Shown here one piece after another: positions 53,209 through 64,000 of a stretch of DNA of 64,000 bases. The notes under the pieces are model-generated. The model did not search any database. It worked only from the letters and a program-made list of their open reading frames with translations, and had not been told where the DNA came from. The stretch spans positions 482-64,481 of the forward strand of contig JAICJH010000025.1 of assembly GCA_025928545.1 (NCBI GenBank), in the 5' to 3' direction. The translations under genes and the position numbers were made by a program. The stretch's first letter is position 1, and each line of letters starts with the position of its first letter. Source of the stretch: Bryobacteraceae bacterium (GTDB lineage Bacteria; Acidobacteriota; Terriglobia; Bryobacterales; Bryobacteraceae).

Positions 53209-56184
53209 ATGGGCTCGCCGATATCGCGTCAGACGGTACTGATCTGTGCCACCGCGCTGGCCGCGATTCTCGGCAATTCCGTTTTCAGCCATGCCGCTGC
53301 TGCCGACGATGCCGAGCGGCTCGAACAGGCCCGAAACCTGGGCAAGGCGTTTTACGAAAACCCCACCACCTCCGCCGAAGCCGTCGCTGAATTTCGCAAA
53401 GCCCTCGACCTCGCGCCGACATCCGATCGCGAAAAGCTGAACTATGCGCTGGCGTTGCTGCGGGCAGGGAAGACGGATGAAGCGGTGCCGATCCTGCTCG
53501 ATGTGCAAAAGCACGATCCTTCGCTGCCGCACACCTGGTTCAATCTGGGCATGTTTTACAAGAAGCAGGGGGATGATGAGCCGGCGATCGCGCAGTTCCG
53601 ACAATTCGTGAAGCTGGCCCCGAACGAACCCATCGCGCATTACCAGCTGGCCACGCTGCTGAAGCCCGAGAACCCTCAGGAAGCGCTGGCGGAATTTGAA
53701 AAGGCCGAGAAACTGAACCCAGCGTTGGCTGCGGTTCATTATCAGTTGTACGGTCTTGACCGCGTGACCGGTAAAACGGCGGAAGGCGAGAAGGAGCGGC
53801 AGCTTTTTCAGGATCTGAAAAAAGAGCAGGAAGCCGCGGGCGCCACCGAAGACGTCGATTGGTGTCCATATGCGGAGATTTACGACCCGCCGCGCCCCGC
53901 CGCGGTTAGTTCGGTCGCGGGAACTCCGGCCTACGACGACGTTCCCCTCGAAGGCCAGGTGGATGCGAAATCCGCCGGGATGGCGCTGATAGATTCCACG
54001 GGCAAAGGACAGACCGATCTGCTGGTGTGGTCGGCCAGCGGCGTGGAGCTATACCTTCAGGGCTCGAAACGTGCAGCTGAGACGGGCTTGAATGGGCTGA
54101 AGGGGGTCGTTTCCATCGCGCCTGGCGATTTCGATAATGACGGACTCATGGACCTTTGCGTCCTCACGGCCGCCGGTCCTGCGATTTACCGCAACGCCGG
54201 GGGCAAGTTCGTCAATTCGGCGGCGGCGCTCCCGCAGCGCCGTTTCGAGCGTGCCGTCTGGCTCGATTACGATCACGACTACGATCTCGATCTGGTTCTG
54301 CTCGGAGATCAGCCGGCTCTGATCCGCAATCAGGGTGAAGCCGGTTTTACGGATCGCACCAACGACTTTCCCTTTGTTGCAGCCCAGCCCGCCGCACATC
54401 CGGTGGATGCCTGGAAATTGCGCGTAGATCCCGATTCTAAAGCCTTCGATCTGGCTGTGATCTACGCAAATCACGCTCCGGTGCTTTATCGCGATCGTTT
54501 GGGTGGCCACTATGAGGCAACCGCTTTCGCTGGTGCGGCTCGCGATCTCACGAGCATCGATGCCGATTTCGACGCCGACGGAAAGATCGATCGTGCGCGT
54601 GTCGCGCAGGATGGCGCTGTGCACTGGATGCGCAATACCGGTAACTCGCAACAGCATTGGATTCGCGTGCAGCTCACCGGCGTGAAGAGTCCGAAACTGG
54701 CTCAGGACGCCCAGGTAGAGATCAAGGCCGGGCTCGTTTACCGCAGGCAGGCCTACGAAGGCGTACCGCTGACCTTCGACACCGGCTCCTGGGACACTGT
54801 CGACACGGTGCGGATTACCTGGCCGAACGGGCTGATTCAGAATGAGACCCGACAGGCCGCCGGCAAGACTTACAAATACGAAGAAGCCCAGCGGCTATCC
54901 GGTTCGTGCCCGATGATCTGGACGTGGAACGGCGCCGGCTTCGAATTCATTACCGACGTGCTCGGCGTTGCGCCTCTGGGCGCGTCTGATGGCGATGGAT
55001 CTTACTTCCCCGTGGATCACGATGAATTTGTCTCCATCCCCGGGCGCGCCCTGAAGCCTGTCAACGGCTACTACGATGTCCGCATCACCGAAGAACTGAG
55101 TGAAGTTTCGTATCTGGATCAAATCCGGCTGTTCGCAGTCGATCATCCGGCGGGCACGGAAATCTATACGAATGAAAAGTTCAAAGCGCCCCCCTATCAG
55201 GAGGAGCGTTTGTTCGGTGTAAAGCACCGCATCTATCCGGCTTCTGCGCGGCAGTTCTCTTCGCAGGGCAAGCCTGTCGATGTCCTGCCGATGATTTTGA
55301 AAACAGATCGGAAGTATCCGGACCAGTTTGCGCGCAAAGAATCGGGTGTCGCCGAAACGCATAGCCTGGAACTGGATTTCGCCGGCGCAGCCAAATCCGG
55401 CCGTGGTGTTCTGCTGCTGCACGGCTGGGTGGATTGGCCGGATGGCAGCACATTCCGCGCGGCATCCCAGGAAAGCAAGGCGGGGCTGACGTTGCCGTAC
55501 CTTCAGATGCAGGATGAGGCTGGCAAGTGGCAGACGGTCAATCCGGATATGGGGATGCCGGCGGGCAAGCCAAAAACAATTGCCGTGGATCTGAAATTCC
55601 TCTCGGCCAGCCGTAAGCTGCGCATTGTGACGAACCTCTGCGTCTATTGGGATGAAATTTTTCTGAGCGAAGACGCCGAGGCGCCCGTTATCCACCAACG
55701 CGAAGCTTCTCTCGCCTCTGCCGGTCTGCGTTTTCGCGGTTTCTCGCAATCCAGAATCGATCCCGACCGCAAACAGCCGGATACGTATATGTACGCCAAC
55801 GTTTCGCCGTCGTCCTTCTGGAATCCGACGACTGGTCTGTACACCCGATACGGGGACGTTCGCGAACTGGCGCAAGACGTTGATGACAGGCTGATCTTGA
55901 TGGGTTCCGGCGACGAACTGGCGCTGCGGTTTCGTGCCGATGCATTTCCGGAATTACCCGCGGGCTGGACACGCGATTATCTCCTCAAGGTTGACGGCTG
56001 GGCCAAGGATCGCGATCCCAACACCGCCTATTCCACAACTGTGGAGCCGTTGCCCTTCCATGCCATGAGCGTCTATCCATATCCGAACGCGGAGCGATTC
56101 CCCGATGATCCGGCACACGAAAAGTATCGGCGAGACTACAACACCAGGCCGGCACTGAAGTTGATCCGCCCGCTGGGGCTCTGA
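53209..56184 (+). CDS. Secreted TPR + FG-GAP/VCBS + ASPIC/UnbV protein (CRTAC1-like) with a large C-terminal extension
   Basis: The ATG lies 3 nt after the upstream stop. Signal peptide. TPR region. [16 protein letters not shown] motifs. ASPIC motif [11 protein letters not shown]...[11 protein letters not shown]. Confidence 0.88.
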   Translation: MGSPISRQTVLICATALAAILGNSVFSHAAAADDAERLEQARNLGKAFYENPTTSAEAVAEFRKALDLAPTSDREKLNYALALLRAGKTDEAVPILLDVQKHDPSLPHTWFNLGMFYKKQGDDEPAIAQFRQFVKLAPNEPIAHYQLATLLKPENPQEALAEFEKAEKLNPALAAVHYQLYGLDRVTGKTAEGEKERQLFQDLKKEQEAAGATEDVDWCPYAEIYDPPRPAAVSSVAGTPAYDDVPLEGQVDAKSAGMALIDSTGKGQTDLLVWSASGVELYLQGSKRAAETGLNGLKGVVSIAPGDFDNDGLMDLCVLTAAGPAIYRNAGGKFVNSAAALPQRRFERAVWLDYDHDYDLDLVLLGDQPALIRNQGEAGFTDRTNDFPFVAAQPAAHPVDAWKLRVDPDSKAFDLAVIYANHAPVLYRDRLGGHYEATAFAGAARDLTSIDADFDADGKIDRARVAQDGAVHWMRNTGNSQQHWIRVQLTGVKSPKLAQDAQVEIKAGLVYRRQAYEGVPLTFDTGSWDTVDTVRITWPNGLIQNETRQAAGKTYKYEEAQRLSGSCPMIWTWNGAGFEFITDVLGVAPLGASDGDGSYFPVDHDEFVSIPGRALKPVNGYYDVRITEELSEVSYLDQIRLFAVDHPAGTEIYTNEKFKAPPYQEERLFGVKHRIYPASARQFSSQGKPVDVLPMILKTDRKYPDQFARKESGVAETHSLELDFAGAAKSGRGVLLLHGWVDWPDGSTFRAASQESKAGLTLPYLQMQDEAGKWQTVNPDMGMPAGKPKTIAVDLKFLSASRKLRIVTNLCVYWDEIFLSEDAEAPVIHQREASLASAGLRFRGFSQSRIDPDRKQPDTYMYANVSPSSFWNPTTGLYTRYGDVRELAQDVDDRLILMGSGDELALRFRADAFPELPAGWTRDYLLKVDGWAKDRDPNTAYSTTVEPLPFHAMSVYPYPNAERFPDDPAHEKYRRDYNTRPALKLIRPLGL

Positions 56185-56200
56185 CATACTTGAGCGCAGC

Positions 56201-58693
56201 ATGTCGCGCTATACCCGCAGAGATTTCGTGGCGGGAGTTTCAGCCACTCTGGTTACTGCCGGAACTGCTGGTGCTCAACCAGCCAGCGTCAATCCGGACA
56301 ATGCCCTGACGCTCTGGTACAAACAGCCAGCCGAAAAATGGACGGATGCGCTTCCGCTCGGCAACGGTCGGCTGGGCGCGATGGTCTTCGGCGGTGTCTC
56401 TGAGGAGCGCCTGCAACTGAATGACGATACGTTGTGGTCCGGCTCGGGTCCGCTCGAATGGAACAACCCCAGCGCGAAACAGCACCTTCCCGTTGTACGG
56501 CGTCTGGTCCTCGAAGCCAAAGACTATGTGGCGGCCGATAACGAATGCAAGAAGATGCAGGGACCGTTCAATCAGTCCTATCAGACGCTGGGGAATTTGA
56601 GGTTGGCGGTGGAACATCCGGACCCGGTCACCGAATACCGCCGCGACCTGAACCTCGATAACGCGGTCGCGGGAATTTCCTATCGTGCAGGCGGCGCTCG
56701 CTATACCCGCGAAGTCTTCGCCTCGGCTCCGGATCAGGTGATTGTGGTGCGGCTCGAAACCGATAATCCGGCGGGCCTGACCCTGTCATTGTCGATGGAT
56801 TGTCCGGTCAAATCGCAATCGCACGCCGACAGGATCGGAGTGCTGCGGCTGACCGGCAAAGCGGCAGCGCACGTCGACCCCAACGGACACTCCAGCGCTC
56901 ATCCGATCGTGTACGACCCCGCCGAAGGTAAAGGCATGCGTTTCGAGGCTCGCGTCGAAATCGTCAACGAGGGTGGCAGCCAGCGCGCCGACGGCAGTCG
57001 AATTCGCATCGAACGAGCGAAAACGGTGACGCTGTTTGTCGCCGCGAAGACCGGCTTCCGCGGCTTCGACCGACCCCCGGACCTTCGTGCCGCGGAAATA
57101 GCCGACGCATGCTCCAGACAAACGGCTGGCGCCCGCAACAAAGGTTACGCGGCCTTGCGCGCAGCCCACATCGCGGATTACCAGAAGCTGTTTCGGCGCG
57201 TGACACTGACGCTTCCCCGCACGCCATCAAAAACTCCAGGACTCGATACCGCGGAGCGACTTGCAGCTTTTCCCACCTCGCAGGATCCCGACCTGACGGC
57301 GCTCTATTTTCAGTACGGGCGTTATCTTCTGATTGCCAGCTCACGCCCGGGTTCGCAGCCGGCCAACCTCCAGGGCATCTGGAATGAACTGGTGCAGCCA
57401 CCCTGGAGTTCCAACTGGACGGCCAACATCAACACCGAAATGAACTATTGGCCGGCGGAAACCTGCAACCTCGCGGAATGTCATGAGCCTCTGTTCGGAA
57501 TGGTTCAGGATCTTAGCCATAACGGAGCCAAAACGGCGGCGGTGAACTATGGCTGTAAGGGCTGGGTTTCGCACCACAACGTGGATCTCTGGCGGCAATC
57601 CGCACCGGTGGGCGACTTCGGGACCGGGTCCCCCACATGGGCCAACTGGTGCATGAGTGGCCCCTGGTTCTGCTCGCATCTTTGGGAGCATTACTCGTTT
57701 GGCGGCGACACGAACTTCCTGCGAACCACCGCATATCCGGTCATGAAAGGCGCTGCGGAATTTTGCCTGGATTGGCTCATCGAAGATCATGCCGGCCATC
57801 TCACGACGTGCCCGTCCGAATCGACGGAAAACAATTTCGGCACGCCGGACGGCAAGACCGCGATGACCAGCGCCGGTTGCACCATGGACATTGCGCTGAT
57901 CCGCGAACTCTTCTCGAATTGCGTGGAAGCCTGCCGAATTCTTCAGATCGATACCGAGTTTGCCGCGAAACTCAAAGCCGCGTATGAACGGCTGCTTCCC
58001 TGGCAAATCGGAAGTCACGGGCAACTCCAGGAATGGAGTCTCGATTTCGACGAAAAGACACCGGGTCAGCGGCACATGTCGCACATGTATCCTCTGTTTC
58101 CCGGCAGCGAATTTACCTCGCGGCGTAACCGGAATTTCTGGCAGGCATCCCGTGTTTCGCTTGATCGCCGCGTGGCCGCCGGCGGCGCCTACACCGGCTG
58201 GAGCCGGGCATGGGCCATAAATTTCGCCGCTCGCCTGCTGGATGGCGAACAGGCAGGGGAAATGGTGTCGATGCTCCTGCAACACAGCACCGGGCCGAAT
58301 CTGTTCGATACGCATCCTTCCGGCAATTCTTCCATCTTCCAGATCGACGGCAATTTTGGCGGAACGGCAGCCATCGCGGAGATGTTGTTACAAAGCCATG
58401 ACGGCGGTATCGACTTTCTGCCGGCTTTGCCTGCCGCCTGGAGCGACGGCAGCGTGCGCGGTCTGCGTGCGCGCGGCGGCCTGACCGTGGATATCCGCTG
58501 GGCCTCGCGAAAACCGGTCGAGGCAATCCTCCAGGCGGCTCTGGCCGGGGAACATGTGCTCCGCGCGCCGAAGGGCGCAAAATTGGGCCTCATCCGGGAG
58601 GGGATCTTCGTTCAGACGACAGATCAGGCGACCGACGGCCAAAGACTGCGCGTACAGGCAGGCAAGGTTTATCGCGTTAGCTTTGAGCCTTAG
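56201..58693 (+). CDS. Glycoside hydrolase family 95 (alpha-L-fucosidase-like), Tat-exported
   Basis: Tat-type signal [22 protein letters not shown]95 N-terminal motif [28 protein letters not shown]...LNDDTLWSG. Confidence 0.92.
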   Translation: MSRYTRRDFVAGVSATLVTAGTAGAQPASVNPDNALTLWYKQPAEKWTDALPLGNGRLGAMVFGGVSEERLQLNDDTLWSGSGPLEWNNPSAKQHLPVVRRLVLEAKDYVAADNECKKMQGPFNQSYQTLGNLRLAVEHPDPVTEYRRDLNLDNAVAGISYRAGGARYTREVFASAPDQVIVVRLETDNPAGLTLSLSMDCPVKSQSHADRIGVLRLTGKAAAHVDPNGHSSAHPIVYDPAEGKGMRFEARVEIVNEGGSQRADGSRIRIERAKTVTLFVAAKTGFRGFDRPPDLRAAEIADACSRQTAGARNKGYAALRAAHIADYQKLFRRVTLTLPRTPSKTPGLDTAERLAAFPTSQDPDLTALYFQYGRYLLIASSRPGSQPANLQGIWNELVQPPWSSNWTANINTEMNYWPAETCNLAECHEPLFGMVQDLSHNGAKTAAVNYGCKGWVSHHNVDLWRQSAPVGDFGTGSPTWANWCMSGPWFCSHLWEHYSFGGDTNFLRTTAYPVMKGAAEFCLDWLIEDHAGHLTTCPSESTENNFGTPDGKTAMTSAGCTMDIALIRELFSNCVEACRILQIDTEFAAKLKAAYERLLPWQIGSHGQLQEWSLDFDEKTPGQRHMSHMYPLFPGSEFTSRRNRNFWQASRVSLDRRVAAGGAYTGWSRAWAINFAARLLDGEQAGEMVSMLLQHSTGPNLFDTHPSGNSSIFQIDGNFGGTAAIAEMLLQSHDGGIDFLPALPAAWSDGSVRGLRARGGLTVDIRWASRKPVEAILQAALAGEHVLRAPKGAKLGLIREGIFVQTTDQATDGQRLRVQAGKVYRVSFEP

Positions 58694-58790
58694 CCTTTGC
58701 GGAATCGCGGAAAGAACGAGCGGGCCGTAAAAATCTGGAGCTAATCCGGAACTTTTTATCTATAATCAATCTGAGGTAAATGGAATCCCA

Positions 58791-59225
58791 ATGGAAGAAC
58801 AGAGCTACGCGAAGCACGCCCGGTACGTACCGCTTTTTCACTATACGCTCGTACCAATTGCTGTCCTGACCCTGTTAACGTCGGTTTACAACCTCGTCCG
58901 CGCCCTCGGTAACGGTTCCGGGAGATTGACTGCCGGGCTGATTACCGCCCTCTCCTTTGCGATGGTATTAGTCGCATGGTTCAGCCGGTTCTTCGCTCTC
59001 AAAGCCCAGGACCGGGCCATCCGCGTGGAGGAAAATCTCCGCCATTTCGCCATGACCGGTAAGCTTCTCGATAAACGTCTGTCGGTATCGCAGATCATCG
59101 GTCTGCGCTTCGCCTCCGACGCCGAGTTTCCCGCCCTCGCACAGCGCGCCGCAGATGAAAACCTGTCGCTCGATAGCATCAAAAAGTCAGTCAGGAACTG
59201 GAAGGCCGATACCGACAGGATGTAG
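58791..59225 (+). CDS. Hypothetical small membrane protein (2 TM)
   Basis: HARYVPLFHYTLVPIAVLTLL and LITALSFAMVLVAWF helices. A TATAAT-like box sits at 58761-58766. Confidence 0.7.
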   Translation: MEEQSYAKHARYVPLFHYTLVPIAVLTLLTSVYNLVRALGNGSGRLTAGLITALSFAMVLVAWFSRFFALKAQDRAIRVEENLRHFAMTGKLLDKRLSVSQIIGLRFASDAEFPALAQRAADENLSLDSIKKSVRNWKADTDRM

Positions 59226-59280
59226 CCAGAACGCGGGCCGGAACTGTCCAACCCGGTCCTTCGCTATAATTCTCGAAAGT

Positions 59281-61311
59281 ATGACTAGCCGCCCGATGCG
59301 CGAAAGGCGGAGACGGGTGGTTATGTCTCCGCGTCTTGCACTAACCCTCGCCACGGCCGTGTCGTGCCTTGCGCAGAATCAGCAGCCGGATCCTCAGGAC
59401 AGCCTGAAGCGGCTCAGTCTGGAACAACTCGGGAACATCGCAGTCACTTCGGTTTCGAAATCACCGGTCTCTGTTGCCCGTACCGCCGCGGCCGTGTATG
59501 TGATCACCGGGTTGGATATCGCGCGTGCGGGTGTCACCACTCTTCCGGAGGCGCTGCGTCTGGCCCCGGGAGTGGATGTTGCGCAGATCGATTCGGTCAA
59601 GTGGGCGGTTGGAATCCGGGGTTTTCAGGGCCGCCTGTCGCGCGCGGTTCTGGTGCTGATTGACGGCCGCAACGTCTACAGTCCTCTCTTTCACGGCGTT
59701 TACTGGGAAGTCCAGGACACGTTGATACAGGATATCGATCGCATCGAAGTCATTCGCGGTCCCGGCGGTACCATCTGGGGACCGGATGCGGTGGACGGCG
59801 TCATCAACATTATTACGAAGGATTCGAAGGATACCCGAGGTGCTCTCGTTTCCGGCGGGGGAGGCAACGTAGCCCAGGGCTTTCTCGCAGGACGTTATGG
59901 CGGTGGCAATGACAGGAACTTCAGCTACCGTGTTTACGCCAAAGGTTCCACCACCGGCCCCCAATACCACTTCGACGACCAGCAGTTTGACGATAACCGG
60001 CGCGTGCAGGGCGGGTTTCGCGCGGATTGGGATATTACTGGCCACGACAGCGTGACGATTCAGGGTGACGCATACGCCGGGGCCGCGGGCGAAAGCATCA
60101 GGGTGAATTCTCTCTCCGCGCCCTCATCGACGATCGTTAACGAGAATGCCGAACTCTCCGGCTTCAACTTCCTGGGGCGGTGGAAGCATATTCTCAGCGG
60201 TGGTTCCGATCTTCAGGTCCAGATGTATTTCGATCACGTGATCCGGCGCCAGGTAAATCAGGCCGAGTATCGCGATACTTATGACGTCGATCTGGTTCAC
60301 CACATCGCGCTCGGAAAACGTCACGATTTCATCTGGGGCCTGGGCGCCCGCCTCAGTCCCGCCTATCTTCCGGCGGTCATTCCCGCTTACGTCTTCACTC
60401 CCGACAATCGGACCGATCAACTCTACAGCGCCTTCGCGCAGGATGAAATTGCGCTTGTGCCGGAGCAATTGTCGTTTACCTTCGGCGCCAAGATTTTTCA
60501 CAGTTCGTTCTCGGATGTGAACGTCGAACCGAGCGCCAGGCTGCTTTGGACGCCCTCGACGCATCAGTCCGTCTGGGGAGCCGTTACGCGGGCGGTGCGT
60601 ACTCCCTCGGATAACGAAGATACCCTTCAATCCGTTGCGTTACGCTCCCACTCTCCTCTGTCGTTCAACTTGACGATGGGCGACGGCGTCTTTACCTCTG
60701 AGACGGACATCAGTTATGAAGTCGGTTACAGACAACTCATCATCCCGAGTTTTTCACTGGACCTTGCTACCTTCTACAACAACTACGATCACCTCCTGAG
60801 CCAGGAACCCGGGGCTCCATACCAGGCTGTCGCGAACGGACAGTCTTACACGGTTCACCCGTTTGTCAACCGGAATGGCCTGAAGGGCACAACAAAGGGC
60901 TTCGAACTGGCGCCGAGCTGGAAGCCCGTTTCCTGGTGGAAACTCCAGGGTTCCTATTCCTACCTGGATATGGGCCTGCGAAACCGGTCGGGCAGTACCG
61001 ATACGACGAGCGTCACTTCGCAGGACGCTTCCAGTCCGCGGCATCAGTTCGGATTTCAGTCTTTTCTCGATTTGCCCGGGCGCGTGACATTCAGCCAGAT
61101 GCTTCGCTCCGTCAGTGTTCTGAGCGTGCTTGACGTTCCTCGCTATGAAACTGCGGATATGCGGCTTTCATGGCAGGGAATCCCCCATCTCGAATTCGCG
61201 GTTACCGCGCAAAACCTGTTCCAGCCGCACCATGTGGAATATGCCGGCGATCCGGGCGGACTCGTCGCAATCAGGCGCAGTGTCTTCGCTGCGGTCACGT
61301 GGAGAAAATGA
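59281..61311 (+). CDS. TonB-dependent receptor (plug + beta-barrel)
   Basis: Plug: VTSVSKSPVSVARTAAAVYVITGLDIARAGVTTLPEALRLAPGVDV ... IEVIRGPGGTIWG. About 670 aa. Start is 59281 or 59323. Confidence 0.9.
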   Translation: MTSRPMRERRRRVVMSPRLALTLATAVSCLAQNQQPDPQDSLKRLSLEQLGNIAVTSVSKSPVSVARTAAAVYVITGLDIARAGVTTLPEALRLAPGVDVAQIDSVKWAVGIRGFQGRLSRAVLVLIDGRNVYSPLFHGVYWEVQDTLIQDIDRIEVIRGPGGTIWGPDAVDGVINIITKDSKDTRGALVSGGGGNVAQGFLAGRYGGGNDRNFSYRVYAKGSTTGPQYHFDDQQFDDNRRVQGGFRADWDITGHDSVTIQGDAYAGAAGESIRVNSLSAPSSTIVNENAELSGFNFLGRWKHILSGGSDLQVQMYFDHVIRRQVNQAEYRDTYDVDLVHHIALGKRHDFIWGLGARLSPAYLPAVIPAYVFTPDNRTDQLYSAFAQDEIALVPEQLSFTFGAKIFHSSFSDVNVEPSARLLWTPSTHQSVWGAVTRAVRTPSDNEDTLQSVALRSHSPLSFNLTMGDGVFTSETDISYEVGYRQLIIPSFSLDLATFYNNYDHLLSQEPGAPYQAVANGQSYTVHPFVNRNGLKGTTKGFELAPSWKPVSWWKLQGSYSYLDMGLRNRSGSTDTTSVTSQDASSPRHQFGFQSFLDLPGRVTFSQMLRSVSVLSVLDVPRYETADMRLSWQGIPHLEFAVTAQNLFQPHHVEYAGDPGGLVAIRRSVFAAVTWRK

Positions 61312-61946
61312 CCGTGCGCTTCCGACTCCCGATCGGCATCGGGCTCGGGAACAGCGTCGGGACAATCCTGCCCGGCGGTCTGATTCCGCGTCAAAGGTAT
61401 TTACGGCGCGCGGTGGCAGCTCTGCTTTTGGTTGCCGTCTTCCCCCTGGCGGCGCAACGTCCGCAGCCTGTGGAATACACCGAGTATCAGGTGAAGGCCC
61501 AATACCTGTCGAACTTCGGTAGGTTCGTGAAGAAATGGGCCAATCGCCCGGCGCCGTCTCCGGAGGAGGCGTTCGACCTTTGTGTTTTGGGAACAGATCC
61601 ATTCGGGCCGGCTCTCGACGCGGCCGTAAAAGGCGAAAATATCAACGGAGCGCCGGTCACGGCGAAGCGGATTACCCGCGTGCAGGACGCGCTGGCGTGC
61701 CGCGTGCTCTACATCGGTTCGTCCGAGTCGAACCAACTGAGCGCCGTCCTGGGTACGCTCGGAACAGCTCCGGTTCTCACTGTTGCCGATCTTCCCGATT
61801 TCCTGAAACGCGGAGGCATGATCCAGTTTGTCCTCGACGGAAATAAAGTGAAATTTGAGATCAATGATGCCGCGGCGCAGAGGGCCGGCCTCAATCTCAG
61901 TTCGGAACTGCTCAAGGTCGCCCGCGCCGTCAGGAGAGCGCCATGA
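61308..61946 (+). CDS. YfiR-family (DUF4154) periplasmic protein
   Basis: The ATG overlaps the receptor stop (ATGA) after GGAGAA. YQVKAQYLSNFGRFVKW ... VLYIGSSE ... VLTVADLPDFLKRGGMIQFVLDGNKVKFEIN is typical of DUF4154. Confidence 0.88.
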   Translation: MTVRFRLPIGIGLGNSVGTILPGGLIPRQRYLRRAVAALLLVAVFPLAAQRPQPVEYTEYQVKAQYLSNFGRFVKKWANRPAPSPEEAFDLCVLGTDPFGPALDAAVKGENINGAPVTAKRITRVQDALACRVLYIGSSESNQLSAVLGTLGTAPVLTVADLPDFLKRGGMIQFVLDGNKVKFEINDAAAQRAGLNLSSELLKVARAVRRAP

Positions 61947-64000
61947 AACTCAACATCGGCCAGTATTCCATCCGGAAACAGCTCACCTGGATGAATCTTC
62001 TGGTCAGCGGCGCCACGCTGTTGATTGCTTCATCCGCCTTCGTGGCCTATGAGTTGGCCACACTGCGGCTTTCCATGGTGCAGAACCTGTCGATTGAGGC
62101 GCAGATCGTGGGCGCCAACTGCGCGTCCGCCGTGGTGTTTGGCGATCCGGACTCCGCCCGTAATACTCTCTCGGCCCTCGACGCCGCTCCGCATATCGTA
62201 TCGGTCACTATCTACGATCCCGCCGGTTTGTCGTTCGTCTCATATTCCCGCGGAACGGGCGAAACGCCGGAGAATCCGCTTACCCTGTCGCAGGGAAAAA
62301 GCGAAACTTATCAATTCACCGGCAATTCGCTGGAACTCGTTCGAGCCATCCTGTTTCAGGGCAAGCTCATTGGCACCGTCCATATTCGTTCCGACCTTCG
62401 TGAAATATCCGATATGCTGCGGCGCTACGCGGGCATCGTCGCGATTATTCTGTTGATCTCGCTGCCTGCCGCGCTGCTGTTTTCGGCCATTTTCCAGAGG
62501 GCGACCGCGCGCCCGATTATGCAACTGGCCGATGTTGCCAGAATCGTTTCGCGCGAGAAGAAGTACTGGGTTCGCGTGCCCCCCAGCGGCAGCCAGGACG
62601 AGATCGCGGTGCTGATCGAAGCTTTCAACGAAATGTTGGCGGAGATTCAGAATCGCGATGCTGCCCTGCAGCAGGCCCATGAACGCCTCAACCTGGCGCT
62701 GAAATCTTCCGGCGTGGGCACCTGGAGTTGGGGCGTCAACGACAGCATGATTGTCTGGGACGATTTCATGTACCCGCTGTTCGGTCTTGTTAACGATGCA
62801 ACCCCGCGCAATTATGAGGATTTCGTCAACCTGGTACATCCGAAAGACCGGGACCGTGTGAGCCGCACTGCCGCCGATGCCGTTCGCCGGGATGCGGCGT
62901 TTGACATTGAATTTCGCGCGATCTGGCCCGACGAAAGTGTTCACACCCTCAGCGCCCGCGGCAAGATTTTTCGCGACGAGAACAACATTCCCATACGTCT
63001 GACCGGCGTTTGCTGGGATGTCACCGAACGCAAGCGCACCGAAGAGGAAAGGCAGAAGTTCGTATCTCTGGTCGAACAGACCGATGATTTTATTGGCATG
63101 GTCGGGCTCGATGGCGACATCATGTTCCTGAATCGCGCGGGATGCAGACTGGTCGGGCTCGAAGCGCGAAAAGCCGTCGGCACGCCTTTCGCGGACCTGC
63201 ATCCGGAAGACGCATGGTCCAGTCTGAGCGGTGAAATCCTGCCCTCCATTATTCGCGGTGGCGGCAACTGGGTGGGTGAGGCGCGCCTTCACCATCTCGC
63301 CACGCGCCAGCCGATCGACGTGCTCATGAATATCTTTCCGGTCAACGATCCGGAAACCGGTCACCTGCTTTGCTTCGCCGCCATCATGCGCGACGTGACC
63401 GAAAGGAAGCGCCTCGAAGAGCAGCTCCTTCAGGCGCAGAAACTGGACAGCATTGGCCAGCTTGCCGGTGGCGTCGCCCATGATTTCAATAATCTGCTCA
63501 CCATTATTTCCGGCTACTCCGAACTGATTCTGGGTCGCTGCGATCCGGACGATCCGGTCTGTGAGCCGGTCGAACAAATCTCTCGCGCGGCGGCGCGCGC
63601 AGCTGCCCTGACGCGCCAGTTGCTGGCCTTTGGCAGCCGTCAGGCCAGCGAGCAAAGAGATATCCAGCTCAACGACGTAGTCGGCAACGTGGAGAAAATG
63701 CTACGCAGGCTGATCGGTGCCGATGTGGAACTGGCACTGTCGCTTGAACCCGATGCCGGAACCCTGCGCGCCGATCCCGGCCAGATCGAGCAGGTCATCG
63801 TCAATCTCGTCATCAACGCGCGCGACGCCATGCCCGGCGGTGGCAAGTTGCTGATAGAAACCGCCGGAATATACATCGACGAGGAATCGGCGCACTCCCG
63901 CCTGGCCGTAAGTCCGGGCGACTATGTGATGCTCGCGGTCAGCGATACCGGCACCGGGATGACGCCCGAAGTGAAGTCGCGCATCTTCGAACCGTTTTTT
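61943..64000 (+). CDS. Sensor histidine kinase: periplasmic YfiN/CHASE8-like sensor, HAMP, 2 PAS, HisKA, HATPase_c (3' end outside the window)
   Basis: The ATG overlaps the yfiR stop (ATGA). The frame is open to base 64000 and is not in the ORF track because there is no stop. H-box GGVAHDFNNLL, N-box VNLVINARDAM, G1 VSDTGTGM. Confidence 0.9.
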   Translation, partial: MKLNIGQYSIRKQLTWMNLLVSGATLLIASSAFVAYELATLRLSMVQNLSIEAQIVGANCASAVVFGDPDSARNTLSALDAAPHIVSVTIYDPAGLSFVSYSRGTGETPENPLTLSQGKSETYQFTGNSLELVRAILFQGKLIGTVHIRSDLREISDMLRRYAGIVAIILLISLPAALLFSAIFQRATARPIMQLADVARIVSREKKYWVRVPPSGSQDEIAVLIEAFNEMLAEIQNRDAALQQAHERLNLALKSSGVGTWSWGVNDSMIVWDDFMYPLFGLVNDATPRNYEDFVNLVHPKDRDRVSRTAADAVRRDAAFDIEFRAIWPDESVHTLSARGKIFRDENNIPIRLTGVCWDVTERKRTEEERQKFVSLVEQTDDFIGMVGLDGDIMFLNRAGCRLVGLEARKAVGTPFADLHPEDAWSSLSGEILPSIIRGGGNWVGEARLHHLATRQPIDVLMNIFPVNDPETGHLLCFAAIMRDVTERKRLEEQLLQAQKLDSIGQLAGGVAHDFNNLLTIISGYSELILGRCDPDDPVCEPVEQISRAAARAAALTRQLLAFGSRQASEQRDIQLNDVVGNVEKMLRRLIGADVELALSLEPDAGTLRADPGQIEQVIVNLVINARDAMPGGGKLLIETAGIYIDEESAHSRLAVSPGDYVMLAVSDTGTGMTPEVKSRIFEPFF

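Noticed and set aside
54895-55875. 326-aa ORF on the minus strand (and 57341..58315, 324 aa)
   Set aside because: These are antisense to the ASPIC protein and to GH95 respectively. Both are Arg-rich shadow ORFs.
62240-63655. 471-aa ORF on the minus strand, the only long ORF the track shows here
   Set aside because: The real gene is the plus-strand histidine kinase (61943 to beyond 64000). It is missing from the track only because it has no stop codon inside the window. H, N and G1 boxes are all in the plus frame.

Overview
This is a high-GC (about 60%) chromosomal segment. Its gene content looks like Acidobacteriota (Solibacter/Bryobacter-like). That placement is an inference from a PEP-CTERM protein, ASPIC/FG-GAP, DUF1080, many TPR-bearing GT-C membrane enzymes and a long-form ArgS. 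I support about 55 protein genes. By eye I recognised no rRNA, tRNA, CRISPR array, cas gene, transposase or phage gene.

Layout:
- (1) 0-16.6 kb: an envelope glycosylation island. It holds four GT-C/PMT-like membrane enzymes, two membrane-anchored TPR paralogs, an AlkP-TPR-sulfotransferase fusion, a secreted beta-propeller plus a PEP-CTERM protein, a SAM methyltransferase and a Dpm1-like GT2.
- (2) 16.9-20.4 kb: argS, coaX and a hypothetical gene.
- (3) 20.4-20.8 kb: an intergenic stretch with two intrinsic terminators and a candidate small RNA whose two hairpin loops carry the same anti-Shine-Dalgarno 8-mer.
- (4) 21.3-28.2 kb: a dense sigma-factor control region. One operon encodes a secreted TPR-CHAT protease, an ECF sigma, a zinc anti-sigma and a small protein, preceded by a 22-codon micro-ORF. 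The divergent unit encodes RsbW-like kinase, STAS antagonist, a second ECF sigma and an NrsF-like anti-sigma.
- (5) 28.2-48.3 kb: beta-carbonic anhydrase, RND pump, DUF1080, two small ORFs, thiC, cyclophilin, recN, a complete tol-pal-cpoB cluster, fabI, an esterase, and xerC-trmFO-rsmI.
- (6) 49.2-52.2 kb: an orphan TadZ/CpaE-like ATPase, a REC(D->E)-PilZ protein and a LuxR-type regulator.
- (7) 52.4-64 kb: mutT, an IscU-like scaffold, a TPR/FG-GAP/ASPIC protein, GH95, and a TonB-dependent receptor, YfiR and multi-PAS histidine kinase (3' truncated by the window).

The most interesting candidate is the CRISPR-free TPR-CHAT / ECF sigma / anti-sigma module. All family calls come from motif recognition by eye. 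Start codons are often uncertain because the ORF track extends each ORF to the first ATG/GTG/TTG.
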